Positions 38,445 to 47,767 of a DNA stretch of 64,000 bases are shown one piece after another. How positions within the stretch are numbered: the stretch's first letter is position 1; each line of letters opens with the position of its first letter. Under the pieces are notes generated by a model. It ran no database searches. It saw only the letters and a list, made by a program, of their open reading frames with translations, and was not told where the DNA came from. Origin of the DNA: an uncultured Actinomycetota bacterium. Lineage in GTDB: Bacteria > Actinomycetota > Actinomycetes > Propionibacteriales > Nocardioidaceae. The stretch spans positions 171,995-235,994 of the forward strand of contig CAWAGS010000010.1 in NCBI GenBank assembly GCA_963781445.1. Reading direction: 5' to 3'. The translations under genes and the position numbers were made by a program.

Positions 38445-38852
38445 GTGACCGAAGGTGACGACTGGGCCGTTCGCGAGGGCGACGGACCCGAGACGATCGA
38501 GCGGAAGCTCGGTCATCGCGAGAGCGCCCGGCTGGAGCGCGCGGCACGGCGCCACGAGCTGGGTCGTCCGGAGGTCACCGAGCTGGAGATCGGCAGCACG
38601 ACCCATCGGGTCGCCGAGGTGGAGCCGATGGACGTCGACGGCGTCCGCACCATGACGGTGGGCACGATCGTCTGGGGCGTCATCGCCGTGGCCCTCCTGC
38701 CCTTCCTCGGCACGCTCGACGAGCAGGGCCGCACCTGGTGGATGTGGACCGCGTTGGCCGGGCTGGGCCTCGGTCTCATCGGCATCGAGTACTGCCGGCG
38801 CCGTCGCAACGCGCTGCGAATGCAGCCCGGTCGACGCCGCAAGACCGCCTGA
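38445..38852 (+). CDS. Small two-TM membrane protein (DUF2530-like)
   Basis: C-terminal half TVGTIVWGVIAVALLPFLG...WWMWTALAGLGLGLIGIEY followed by basic residues. The GTG start at 38445 is uncertain, and an internal ATG near 38628 is possible. Confidence 0.4.
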   Translation: MTEGDDWAVREGDGPETIERKLGHRESARLERAARRHELGRPEVTELEIGSTTHRVAEVEPMDVDGVRTMTVGTIVWGVIAVALLPFLGTLDEQGRTWWMWTALAGLGLGLIGIEYCRRRRNALRMQPGRRRKTA

Positions 38853-38867
38853 CGCTGACGACTCTGG

Positions 38868-39650
38868 TCAGAGCTGCTCGATCTCGTCGACGGTGACGGT
38901 GTCGAAGACCGGCGGCGGCAGTTGCTGCGGTCCGGCCGACCGGCTGAGCCTGGCCCCTGAGTGGGCGCCGCACCCGTGCAACAAGGCCACGACCTTGCCG
39001 TCGTCGTTGGCCATCCCGTTGGCGCAGACGCCGAACGTGTCGGACAGCGGCCCGGCCAGGCTGATGAGGAAGCCGCAGGAGTCGCAGGTGCCCGGTGCCT
39101 GCTCCGTGATGGGCGTGTCCGGGCCCTGGTTTCCGTCGTGCCAGCGCTGCGCTGCGAGGTCGCGACCTTCGAGGGACAGCACCCACGTGCGGCCGAGCCC
39201 GACCTCGCGCGCGAAGGCGCGGTCGACGGTGTCCTGGTCGTCGCCGGCCGACCAGGCCGGGACCAGGCGGATGTCGTCCTCGTCGGGCGGGAGGACGTCT
39301 CCGGGGCCGAGATCGCCGGGCTGGATGCGCTCGCGGTACGGCGTCCACGGCGGCGCCACCACCGCTGCTTCACCGGGCAGCATCACGATGTCGTTGACGG
39401 TGATCTTGTCGTCGTCGGGCGCTCGTGACACGGTGACCGACCAGTACCAGCCGCGATAACCCGGCTGGGTGGAGGCGAAATGGTGGGCCACGACGCCGTG
39501 GCCCTCGTCGATGGCCCCGAGGTGCTCGCCGACCGTGCCCTGGTCGGCAGCCTCCTCCGCCACGGCGCGTGCCGCGTCGACGGCGGAGGTCAGCAGCGAG
39601 TCGGAGGTCATGACTCGATTGTCGCCCATGTCCGGGCCGGCAACGTCCAC
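38868..39650 (-). CDS. DUF3027-domain protein
   Basis: The GWYWSVTVSRAPDDD motif and the Cys cluster CDSCGFL...FGVCANGMANDDGKVV...HGCGAHS match the conserved actinobacterial family as I recall it. An alternative ATG lies at 39611. Confidence 0.7.
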   Translation of the reverse strand: MDVAGPDMGDNRVMTSDSLLTSAVDAARAVAEEAADQGTVGEHLGAIDEGHGVVAHHFASTQPGYRGWYWSVTVSRAPDDDKITVNDIVMLPGEAAVVAPPWTPYRERIQPGDLGPGDVLPPDEDDIRLVPAWSAGDDQDTVDRAFAREVGLGRTWVLSLEGRDLAAQRWHDGNQGPDTPITEQAPGTCDSCGFLISLAGPLSDTFGVCANGMANDDGKVVALLHGCGAHSGARLSRSAGPQQLPPPVFDTVTVDEIEQL

Positions 39651-39671
39651 GGGGTGAGGCAGGATGAGGTC

Positions 39672-41102
39672 ATGGAGGACTTCGAGGGGCCCGGTGGACC
39701 GGAGCGGGAGGGTCCGCCGTCTCCGTTCTCCGAGGGCGACGACCCGGCGCGGGGGTCTTCACGCCTGTCGCGATCGGCCGAGCGAGCTCGACGACTCTCC
39801 GGCAGCGCGGGTCGCATGGTCGCCCGGAGCAGCACCTCGGCCTTCCTCGGGGCACGCCGATTCACGCACTCCGGCGGGGCCGGCGAGAGCGGGTTGTCGC
39901 GGCTTCTCGAGATGCACGCGTTCAACACCGCCGGCGACGCCGCGGTGGCGGTGTCGTTGGCGGGCACCCTGTTCTTCACGGTCCCGACCGAGGAGGCGAG
40001 TGGCCAGGTTGCCCTGTTCCTCGTGCTCACGATGCTGCCGTTCGCGGTGGTCGCCCCGCTGATCGGCCCCTTCCTCGACCGGTTCCGACGCGGGCGGCGC
40101 TGGGCCATCGGCGCGACGATGGCCGTGCGCGCCTTCTGCTGCTGGGTGCTCGCCGGGGCGGTGGTCGACGAGTCGCCGGCGTTCTACCTGGCTGCCCTCG
40201 GAGTTCTCGTCTCGTCCAAGGCCTACGGCGTCACTCGCGCCGCGGCGCTACCGCGCCTGCTCCCCGTGGAGTTCACGCTGGTGAAGGCCAACTCCCGGAT
40301 CTCCTTCACCGGCACGGCTGCGGCAGCGATCTCGGCCCCGCTCGCCGTCGCCGCCGCCGCCATCGGCGCACCCTGGGCCCTGCGCTACGCGGCGGTGCTC
40401 TTCGTGATCGGCACCATCCTCGCCGTGCTCCTGCCGTCGCGCGTCGACTCCAGCGTCGGGGAGGAACAGGTCGACCTCGGCGGACGACGCCCAGGCATGA
40501 GCGTGTCGCGCGACGTCGTCAACGGCCTGCGCAGCAACGCCGGCCTTCGCCTGCTCACCGGCTTCCTCACCATCTTCATGGCCTTCACCCTGCGTGACCC
40601 TCCCGACTCCATGGGATGGGGCGGCAATGCCACGGTGCTGATGGCTCTGGTCATCGGCGCCGCCGGACTGGGCAACACCCTTGGGATCGTCATCGGGTCG
40701 TGGACCAAGTCCCGACGACCCGAACGGGTCGTGCTGGCTGTCCTGGTGCTCGACGTCGCCGTGCTCGTGGTGGCCGCCACCTTCTTCCGCTGGCCGATGG
40801 CGGCACTGCTGGGACTCACCGTCGGGCTCTGCCAGTCGCTCGGCAAGCTCAGCCTCGACGCCCTCATCCAGCGCGACGTCGGCGAAGAGGTTCGCACCAG
40901 CATGTTCGCGCGCTCGGAGACGCTGCTCCAGCTGTCGTGGGTCACCGGTGGCCTCCTGGGGATCGGCCTGTTCACCCTCGGGGTCTCTGCACCGCTCGGC
41001 ATGGTGATCACCGCGGTGATCCTGCTCGCCTGGGGTTCGTTCGTGATGGCCCGGGCGCTCAACCCGCCGCCGAAGACTCCGCGCCCCGCCGTCAGACCGT
41101 GA
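39672..41102 (+). CDS. MFS transporter with long cytoplasmic N-terminus
   Basis: ATG at 39672. About 12 hydrophobic segments, and the LDRFRRGRRW loop between TM2 and TM3 is typical of MFS. Confidence 0.75.
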   Translation: MEDFEGPGGPEREGPPSPFSEGDDPARGSSRLSRSAERARRLSGSAGRMVARSSTSAFLGARRFTHSGGAGESGLSRLLEMHAFNTAGDAAVAVSLAGTLFFTVPTEEASGQVALFLVLTMLPFAVVAPLIGPFLDRFRRGRRWAIGATMAVRAFCCWVLAGAVVDESPAFYLAALGVLVSSKAYGVTRAAALPRLLPVEFTLVKANSRISFTGTAAAAISAPLAVAAAAIGAPWALRYAAVLFVIGTILAVLLPSRVDSSVGEEQVDLGGRRPGMSVSRDVVNGLRSNAGLRLLTGFLTIFMAFTLRDPPDSMGWGGNATVLMALVIGAAGLGNTLGIVIGSWTKSRRPERVVLAVLVLDVAVLVVAATFFRWPMAALLGLTVGLCQSLGKLSLDALIQRDVGEEVRTSMFARSETLLQLSWVTGGLLGIGLFTLGVSAPLGMVITAVILLAWGSFVMARALNPPPKTPRPAVRP

Positions 41103-41910
41103 CGAACGAACGCATCCCCACCGATCCGAGGTCGATGGCCTCGTTGAAGAACCGGAGGTCGTCGTCGTCCTCCAACAGGCTCAGCGCGGCGACCATCGGA
41201 CGGTAGTGGTCGTCGGTCGGCACGGCGAGGCGCGCCTCGGCCCACGTGCCGTACGGATCGAGGAGCTGATGGGTACGCCGCTCGCGCAGCGCTTCGGCGG
41301 TGTCGGTGTCGAACTGCTCGGCCCAGTCCCACGCGGGGCCGCCGCCCCACGTGACCCGTCCGAGCGCGTGCACGATGTTGCCGCTGCCGATGAACAGGAC
41401 CCCCCGACGGCGCAGCGAGCGCAGCCGCGAGTACAGCGCGTGCAGCTCCGGCAGCGGCATGGTGGCATCGATGCTGACCTGCAGCACCGGGACCGACGGC
41501 GCCGGCGCAAGGTGCACCAGGACCGACCAGGTGCCGTGGTCCAGGCCCCACTGAGCGTCGAGCTGCGCCTCGTACTCCACGAGCTGCCGCGCGAGGATGC
41601 GGGCGACACCGGCGTCACCGACCGACTCGTACTGCACGCGGTAGAGCTCGTCGGGAAAGCCGCCGAAGTCGTGGATGACACGGTTCCGGGGGGCGTCGGT
41701 GATGTGCGTTGACCCCGGCGTGAGCCAGTGCGCGCTCACCACGACGATCGCCTGCGCGTCCGGCAGCTCCGTGCCGAGCTGAGCCCACGACCGGGTGAAC
41801 GCGTTGTCCGAGATCGCGTTCATCGGGTTGCCGTGCCCGACGAACAGCACCGGCATCCGCTCGCTGGGTGTCAACCGCTGCTCGAGATCGGAGACGGTGT
41901 ACTCGGTCAT
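41092..41910 (-). CDS. 4,5-DOPA dioxygenase extradiol (YgiD-like class III extradiol dioxygenase)
   Basis: MPVLFVGHGNPMNA, VVVSAHW, DHGTWSVL and FIGSGNIVH. Confidence 0.85.
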   Translation of the reverse strand: MTEYTVSDLEQRLTPSERMPVLFVGHGNPMNAISDNAFTRSWAQLGTELPDAQAIVVVSAHWLTPGSTHITDAPRNRVIHDFGGFPDELYRVQYESVGDAGVARILARQLVEYEAQLDAQWGLDHGTWSVLVHLAPAPSVPVLQVSIDATMPLPELHALYSRLRSLRRRGVLFIGSGNIVHALGRVTWGGGPAWDWAEQFDTDTAEALRERRTHQLLDPYGTWAEARLAVPTDDHYRPMVAALSLLEDDDDLRFFNEAIDLGSVGMRSFVTV

Positions 41911-41984
41911 GCGGGTCCTTGACTAGTAGATGATTCAACTAGCATACGGGACGCCGGGCGCTGGCCTGCTGTCGTCGGGCCCTG

Positions 41985-42380
41985 CTATCCGTCGAGCTCA
42001 GTGGCCAGAGCCCGGAGCAGGAGCGCGACCGGCTTGGCGGCCTTCTTGTCGGGGCGCCGGCCGTGCCGGTAGCCCTCGCCGATGTCGTCGAGCAAGCGGA
42101 TGAGGTCCTCGACGATCGTGACCATCTCCTCGGGCGCCTTGCGTCGGGCCTGCGCCTGGGCCCGCGCCACCGAGGCGACGGGCTCGAGCACACGGACCTG
42201 GAGCGCTTGGTCGCCGCGGCGGCCTTGAGCAATGCCGAACTCCACCCGCGCACCTGCCTTCAGCGTCGTGACCCCTTCGGGCAGGGCGTCCGAGCGCACG
42301 TGAACGTCGCCACCGTCGTCCTGGGTGAGGAATCCGAAACCCTTTTCGGCGTCGTACCACTTCACTTTGCCCGTGGGCAT
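41985..42380 (-). CDS. Cold-shock domain protein with C-terminal extension
   Basis: MPTGKVKWYDAEKGFGFLTQDDGGDVHV carries the RNP1 motif KGFGF. At 131 aa it resembles the long actinobacterial CspB-type proteins. Confidence 0.9.
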   Translation of the reverse strand: MPTGKVKWYDAEKGFGFLTQDDGGDVHVRSDALPEGVTTLKAGARVEFGIAQGRRGDQALQVRVLEPVASVARAQAQARRKAPEEMVTIVEDLIRLLDDIGEGYRHGRRPDKKAAKPVALLLRALATELDG

Positions 42381-42434
42381 GGCGATGTCCTTCTCTTCGT
42401 GTGATTCTCGCGGTGCTTGCTGGTCACCCTGAGC

Positions 42435-43424
42435 CTACCGGTGCGGTTCCTCCGGCTTCTGCTCGAAGGTCGTCTCGATCGACTGGAAACCCTTGTGTCG
42501 CTGGGACTTCGCGTAGCTCGTGTAGGCGCGGAGGTCCGCCTTGGTGAGCGAGACGTTGTCGGTGAACGGGGTGAGCAGGGCGCGCGGGTAGAGGCGTCGG
42601 CGCAGCACCACGTTGATCTCCAGACCGAGGACCGTCAGGATGCCGGCGAGGTAGAGGAAGGCGATCAGTCCGAGCACCAGGGCGAAGGTCTGGTTCATCT
42701 GGTTGGCCGAGGCGATCACGTTCGTGACGAAGGAGTTGCCGACGAGCTGGAGCAGCTGCCACAGGACCGACGCCGCCAGGGCACCCGGCAGCACCGACCG
42801 GACGGTTCCCCGTCCGGCACTGACCAGACGGAACAGGCCGATGAAGATCAGCGACGTGAACACGAAACCGACGAGACGGGCCACTCGTCCGTAGTCGGAC
42901 TCGACCGTCCCGCCCAGGGCGTCGGGGTTGGCCAGCACCGACGACGTGATGGCAAGAGTCAGGACGCCGATGCCGGCGATGGCGAGGAACACCACGCTGC
43001 GGAGCCTCTGGAGCACGGCGTTCGTTCGGCTGTTCCGCGGCACCGACCACGCGATGTTGGCGGCGTTCTGGGCTGCCTGCCCGAGGCCGAGCGCACCGTA
43101 CGTGGCCGCGATCGAGCCGACCACGAGCGCGGACGTGCTGCCGCGAAGGCCCTCCGGTCGACCGAGCTGGTCACCGACGATCGGGAACTGGCTCAAGGCG
43201 GAGTTCAGCAGCCGGTCACGCAGCACCGGGTCGTCCTGGAGGAAGAAGCCGAGGATGGACGTGGAGATGAGCAGCAGCGGGAAGATGGCGATGAAGGCGT
43301 AGTACGCCACGATCGCGGCAAGGTAGGGGCCTTGGTCGTCGAAGTACTTGTAGATGACCGCCAGCGGGAAACCGATGACCGGATGACGACGTTGGAAGTG
43401 GTCGATCCGCTGCAGCACCTTCAT
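42435..43424 (-). CDS. YihY/BrkB (virulence factor BrkB, RNase BN-like) family membrane protein
   Basis: YLAAIVAYYAFIAIFPLLL and six TM segments. The C-terminal basic tail is typical of the family. Confidence 0.85.
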   Translation of the reverse strand: MKVLQRIDHFQRRHPVIGFPLAVIYKYFDDQGPYLAAIVAYYAFIAIFPLLLISTSILGFFLQDDPVLRDRLLNSALSQFPIVGDQLGRPEGLRGSTSALVVGSIAATYGALGLGQAAQNAANIAWSVPRNSRTNAVLQRLRSVVFLAIAGIGVLTLAITSSVLANPDALGGTVESDYGRVARLVGFVFTSLIFIGLFRLVSAGRGTVRSVLPGALAASVLWQLLQLVGNSFVTNVIASANQMNQTFALVLGLIAFLYLAGILTVLGLEINVVLRRRLYPRALLTPFTDNVSLTKADLRAYTSYAKSQRHKGFQSIETTFEQKPEEPHR

Positions 43425-43813
43425 GGCGTGGGCGGGCCGGGCACGTACGGCGCGAGCGCCGCCGCGACGGCCTCGAAACGCTCGCGGTCGAGCACGGCCC
43501 CTTCACGACGGACGTCGTCAGGATTGACCGGGATCAGGCGATTGAGGCGCACCTCGCTGGGCCGACCCTGGCTGTCCCACGGGCCGGAACCGATGTCGAA
43601 CCAGAACCGGCCGGCGTCGGCCTCCTGCTCGAGGTCCCGGTCGTGGTCCTTGGACGTCATCATCAGTCCGACGAGCTCCTCGTCGAGGCGACCGACAAGC
43701 AGGACGGGCCGGTCCTTGCCCTGCTCCGGATCGTCCTCGTAGGGAACCCACGTCCACACCACTTCGCCCGGATCGGGCTGTCCGTCAGGATGCGGGTCGT
43801 ACGTGATGTCCAC
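43421..43813 (-). CDS. PemK/MazF-like (SH3-fold toxin-like) protein, no cognate antitoxin visible
   Basis: YDPHPDGQPDPGEVVWTWVPYEDDPEQGKDRPVLLVGR resembles the actinobacterial PemK-like family. The stop overlaps the yihY start (ATGA at 43421-43424). Confidence 0.6.
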   Translation of the reverse strand: MDITYDPHPDGQPDPGEVVWTWVPYEDDPEQGKDRPVLLVGRLDEELVGLMMTSKDHDRDLEQEADAGRFWFDIGSGPWDSQGRPSEVRLNRLIPVNPDDVRREGAVLDRERFEAVAAALAPYVPGPPTP

Positions 43814-43867
43814 GTCGTCAGCCTGCCACAGCGGCGCCGAGACGCTGGTCGTTGCCGCTCCTCAGCG

Positions 43868-45460
43868 TCAGTCGAATTCCGGAAGCTCGCGCTTCATGAC
43901 CTTGCCGGTGGGATTGCGTGGCAGCTCATCGAGGAACATCGTGCGACCCGGGACCGCGAAGCGAGCCACGCGTTCCTTGGCGAAGGAGACGACGTCGTCG
44001 TGGTCGAGATCGGCACCGTCGCGAGTCACGACGTAGGCCGCGAGGACCTGCCCCCAGTCCGTGTCGGGGATGCCCACGACCACCACGTCGGCGATGTCGG
44101 GGTGCCCGATCAGGGCGTCCTCGAGCTCACGCGGGAAGACGTTCTCGCCACCGGAGATGACCATGTCGTCGTCGCGGCCGGAGACGAAGAGACGGCCGTC
44201 GTCGTCGAAGTGACCCAGATCGCCGGTGCTCATCCGACCGTCCGTGAACTTCTTGGTGTTGCCGTCGGTGTACCCGCCGAAGGGCATGTCGTTGGCCACG
44301 TAGATGGTGCCCGTCTCGCCCGCCGGCACCTCGTTTCCGTCGGAGTCGAGGATGCGCACCGTGGTGTGCCACGGCGCGCGGCCGGCGGTGCCGGGGGCGG
44401 CTCGCAGGTCCTCGGGCGAGGCGATCGTGACCCACCCGGTCTCCGTCGCGCCGTAGAAGTTGTAGACCGAGTCGGTGAACGTGTCCATGAACTGCGTGGC
44501 GAGGTCGCCGGCGAGCGCCGATCCGCTGGCTGCGGTGATGCGCAGGCTCGACACGTCGACCGTGCGGAGAAGCTCGGGGTCCGCGTCGACGAGCCGCTGC
44601 ATCATCAGGGGCACGACCACCAGGACTTCGGCCCGGTACTGCTCGATGTCCTTCAGGACCTGCTCGGCCTTGAACCGGCGACGCAGCACGTACGTGGGCA
44701 CGGTCGAGAGGCCGAAACCGAAGTTGATCAGGCCCCACGAGTGGAACAACGGTGCCGCCAGCACGACCGTGGAGTTGCCGCGGTACGGGATGGCACCGAA
44801 GAACGTCACCAACGGGTCGAGACCGTCGGGCTCCTCGCGCCTCGCACCCTTGGGGAGGCCGGTGGTGCCGGACGTGAAGATGACCACGGACCCGCGCTTG
44901 GCCGGCTTCGGCGGCTGCTTGGTGGACTGCCCCTTCGTCAGCTCCGCGATGGTCGGAATCCCGTCGACTTCGTCGTCGGCCCAGGCCAGGATGAGCTGGT
45001 CGCGGTCGACGTCGTCGGCCACCGAGAGGAACTCCTGATCGAGGACGATGAACGCCGCGCCCTCACGGGTCGCGAGCTCGGTGAGCTGAGACCCGCTGGC
45101 CATCGTGTTGAGCAACAGGACCCGACCGCCGACCTGCATGATCGCCACCATCGCCATCACGATGTAGCGGTGGTTGCGCGCCAGCAGCGCCACGGAGTCG
45201 CCCGGCTCGACGCCGCGCTCCCGGAGGGCGTGGGACAGCTGGTTGATCTGGTCGCGCAGCTCGGACCAGGTCAGCTCACCGGCATCGTCGATGATGGCCT
45301 CTTGATGCGGCGACCGGGATGCGGCAGCGGCAACGGCAGCCGGGAAGCCGGGTCCCCACTTGACGAGCTGGTAGCCGGCAAAAGCCAGGCGGTGGGGAAG
45401 CTGAGGCTTGATCAGGCCGATCTGACGGAAGACCTTCAAGCGATAGGCGAGGTCGGACAC
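43868..45460 (-). CDS. AMP-dependent acyl-CoA synthetase/ligase (FadD-like)
   Basis: IFTSGTTGLPKGA is the AMP-binding motif. TGDLGHFDDDGRLFVSGRDDDMVISGGENV and a C-terminal PRNPTGKV are also present. Confidence 0.9.
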   Translation of the reverse strand: MSDLAYRLKVFRQIGLIKPQLPHRLAFAGYQLVKWGPGFPAAVAAAASRSPHQEAIIDDAGELTWSELRDQINQLSHALRERGVEPGDSVALLARNHRYIVMAMVAIMQVGGRVLLLNTMASGSQLTELATREGAAFIVLDQEFLSVADDVDRDQLILAWADDEVDGIPTIAELTKGQSTKQPPKPAKRGSVVIFTSGTTGLPKGARREEPDGLDPLVTFFGAIPYRGNSTVVLAAPLFHSWGLINFGFGLSTVPTYVLRRRFKAEQVLKDIEQYRAEVLVVVPLMMQRLVDADPELLRTVDVSSLRITAASGSALAGDLATQFMDTFTDSVYNFYGATETGWVTIASPEDLRAAPGTAGRAPWHTTVRILDSDGNEVPAGETGTIYVANDMPFGGYTDGNTKKFTDGRMSTGDLGHFDDDGRLFVSGRDDDMVISGGENVFPRELEDALIGHPDIADVVVVGIPDTDWGQVLAAYVVTRDGADLDHDDVVSFAKERVARFAVPGRTMFLDELPRNPTGKVMKRELPEFD

Positions 45461-45491
45461 CGTCGCACTGTAACAGCGAGTGACCGCTGGT

Positions 45492-47321
45492 TCAGCGGGT
45501 CAGGTCGCGGTTCAGGGCGATGCGCAGCGTCCGCGCGAGGATGCGCGCATCGAGGCGCAGACTCCACTGGTCGACGTACTGCAAGTCCAGGTTGATCGAC
45601 TCCTCCTGCGTGAGCCGGGACCGGCCGCTGACCTGGCTGAGGCCGGTCAACCCCGGGCGCACCGTCAACCGTCGCCAGGTCCGGTCGTCGTAGCGCACGA
45701 CGGCGGCCGGAGGGGACGCACGCGGGCCGACGAGTGACATGTCGCCGTTGAGAACGTTCAGGAGTCGGGGCAGCTCGTCGATCGAGGTCCGGCGCAGGAA
45801 CCGCCCGAGCGGAGGGATGACCTGGCCCTCGCTGGCAGTCGAGATCGCGGTGCGGAACGTGTACATCACGTACGGGACGCCGTCGCGTCCGGTGCGGGCC
45901 TGCCGAAGGATCGCCGGCTGCTGCAGCGTGACGCGCAGCACGAGCGACAGGACGATGAACAACGGGGCGAGCAGCACCAGGGCGATCGCAGCAACCACTC
46001 GGTCGATGGTGTCCTTCACCACGGTCGCGATCAGGTGCTCGGCCGGCGGACGGATCGAGAATGCAGCGCGGCCGGCCACCTCCCTGGCACGCGTGTGGTC
46101 CGGGACGTCGGTGCCGTCGCTCAGCACCAAGCACGCGGCACCCGAGCGCCGCAGGGCCCACGCGAGGTCACGCAGCATGAAGCGCTCCAGCGAGTGCACC
46201 GAGACGACGACCACGGAGCATGCGTTGTTCCGGTTCACGGCGCCCAAGGCCTGCGGAATCAGCTCCGCGATCGACCCGTCAGGAAGCGCGGTCGTGTCAC
46301 CGCTCCACGCGCAGGTGGCCACGACCTTCACGTCGCGCCGATCCTTCCACTGCGCAGCGAGCCCGCAGACCGACGCCTCACTGCCGACCAGCACAGTCGG
46401 AATCCGGCGGAACAGCAATCGGTAAACCAGGGTGGCGACGGTGAGCGTCGCGGCTGATGCGAGCCCGACCATGAATCCATCGCGCAGCTCGGGCGAACCG
46501 TCGACGCCGGCCACGAACGCTGCTGCCGCGCCCACCGCGGCCAACCCGACGAACCAGGCGGCAGGTTGGAGCGACCTCGCCCGCGCGAACTCCGGGGTCA
46601 CCGCGAAGCTGGCGAACAGCCACAATGCCACCAGCCCGAGCGTGATCCGCTCGTGGCCGGCCGACAGGTCGACCCGGTGGTTGACGAGAAGCGCTGCACC
46701 AAGCGCGAGCGCATAGGCGAGCAATCCTCGATTCATGAACCCCGACAGGATCGTCCACACGTGAGGAAGGCGCCGCAGCCGCGGCTCGAGAATGACTGCT
46801 CCCCGCTCCATCCGGTACGAGGTCAATGGCCCCACCGCGGCCAGCAGCCGGACGGCCGCTCGCGTTCCCGGCGTCGACCGTCGTGCTGCCAACCGGGTGG
46901 CGATCGTTCCGTCACGGGTGCCATCGAGCAACCGGGCCAGCTCCTCCGCCGACTCCGCGACGTGCACCAGGCCCAGCTCGGCCAGCCGGTGGCACAGCAC
47001 CACCTGGTGGTTGTCGACGACTTCGTGATCCACCGGTATGCGCGGCACGACGATCGGGATCCGGCCCGCCTTCCGAGCGTCCATGACGCCACCGGCGCCA
47101 CCTTGCAGGACGATCGCGTCGGCGTCGCGGTAGTGGTCGAGCAGGTCCTTGGGCGCCAGCACCTCGTGGTTCTCGGCCCCTGACATCGGGCTGGTGGAAC
47201 CGTGCTGGAGAACCACGCGCGCGCGGTTCTCGGTCGTCCAGGGCTCGAGCCACTCGACGAATCTCTCGAACGGGTGGTGATACGTGCCGACGCTCGCGAC
47301 GACGGTGAACTGGCCGTTCAC
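45492..47321 (-). CDS. Fusion protein: Alg13-like GT28 C-terminal domain + WbaP-type polyprenyl-phosphate sugar phosphotransferase
   Basis: GTG at 47321 overlaps the upstream stop (GTGA). The first 170 aa or so (FTVVASVGTYHHPFERF...VLQGGAGGVMDA...IVVPR) are Alg13/PssE/Cps14G-like. TM segments follow, then IDELPRLLNVLNGDMSLVGPR...PGLTGLSQVSGRS, the bacterial sugar transferase core. It is one uninterrupted frame of 609 aa. Confidence 0.8.
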   Translation of the reverse strand: MNGQFTVVASVGTYHHPFERFVEWLEPWTTENRARVVLQHGSTSPMSGAENHEVLAPKDLLDHYRDADAIVLQGGAGGVMDARKAGRIPIVVPRIPVDHEVVDNHQVVLCHRLAELGLVHVAESAEELARLLDGTRDGTIATRLAARRSTPGTRAAVRLLAAVGPLTSYRMERGAVILEPRLRRLPHVWTILSGFMNRGLLAYALALGAALLVNHRVDLSAGHERITLGLVALWLFASFAVTPEFARARSLQPAAWFVGLAAVGAAAAFVAGVDGSPELRDGFMVGLASAATLTVATLVYRLLFRRIPTVLVGSEASVCGLAAQWKDRRDVKVVATCAWSGDTTALPDGSIAELIPQALGAVNRNNACSVVVVSVHSLERFMLRDLAWALRRSGAACLVLSDGTDVPDHTRAREVAGRAAFSIRPPAEHLIATVVKDTIDRVVAAIALVLLAPLFIVLSLVLRVTLQQPAILRQARTGRDGVPYVMYTFRTAISTASEGQVIPPLGRFLRRTSIDELPRLLNVLNGDMSLVGPRASPPAAVVRYDDRTWRRLTVRPGLTGLSQVSGRSRLTQEESINLDLQYVDQWSLRLDARILARTLRIALNRDLTR

Positions 47322-47767
47322 AGCACCAATCCGACGAGCTTGGACCGCGGGAGTCGCTCGCCGAGCTGCTCCCACTGCGTGAGGTAGTCATCGACAAAGG
47401 GGTAGACGAGGCGTCCGCTCAGCGAGGGCTTCGCAATGCGATCGACCGTCTCGAGGAAGACCGACCGGGCACCTACGCCGTGGGCCTGGAGGATGAACGG
47501 CACGGCGACGGCGGCGCCGGTGCTGAAGACGATGTCCGGCCGGAAGTCGCGCAGCACCTGATGCGCCAGCGCGGCGTTGCGCACCAAGTTCGGAATGTTG
47601 CGCTGGGTCGGCCAGTGACACGCGATCGCCCGCTCATCCGCGAGCTTCATCTGCGCGTCGGGCGTGGGACCGGTGACCCACAGCCGCTCGTGCTGCCCCC
47701 ACCACGGCTTGAGCGCGAGCGCTTGGGCGAGATGGCCGCCGGAGGAGCAGGCGATGAGGATCTTCAT
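47318..47767 (-). CDS. Alg14-like oligosaccharide biosynthesis protein (PssD/Cps14F-like GT partner)
   Basis: MKILIACSSGGHLAQALAL, WPTQRNIPNLVRN and PDIVFSTGAAVAVPF. The ATG at 47767 shares 1 nt with the GT2 stop. Confidence 0.8.
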   Translation of the reverse strand: MKILIACSSGGHLAQALALKPWWGQHERLWVTGPTPDAQMKLADERAIACHWPTQRNIPNLVRNAALAHQVLRDFRPDIVFSTGAAVAVPFILQAHGVGARSVFLETVDRIAKPSLSGRLVYPFVDDYLTQWEQLGERLPRSKLVGLVL

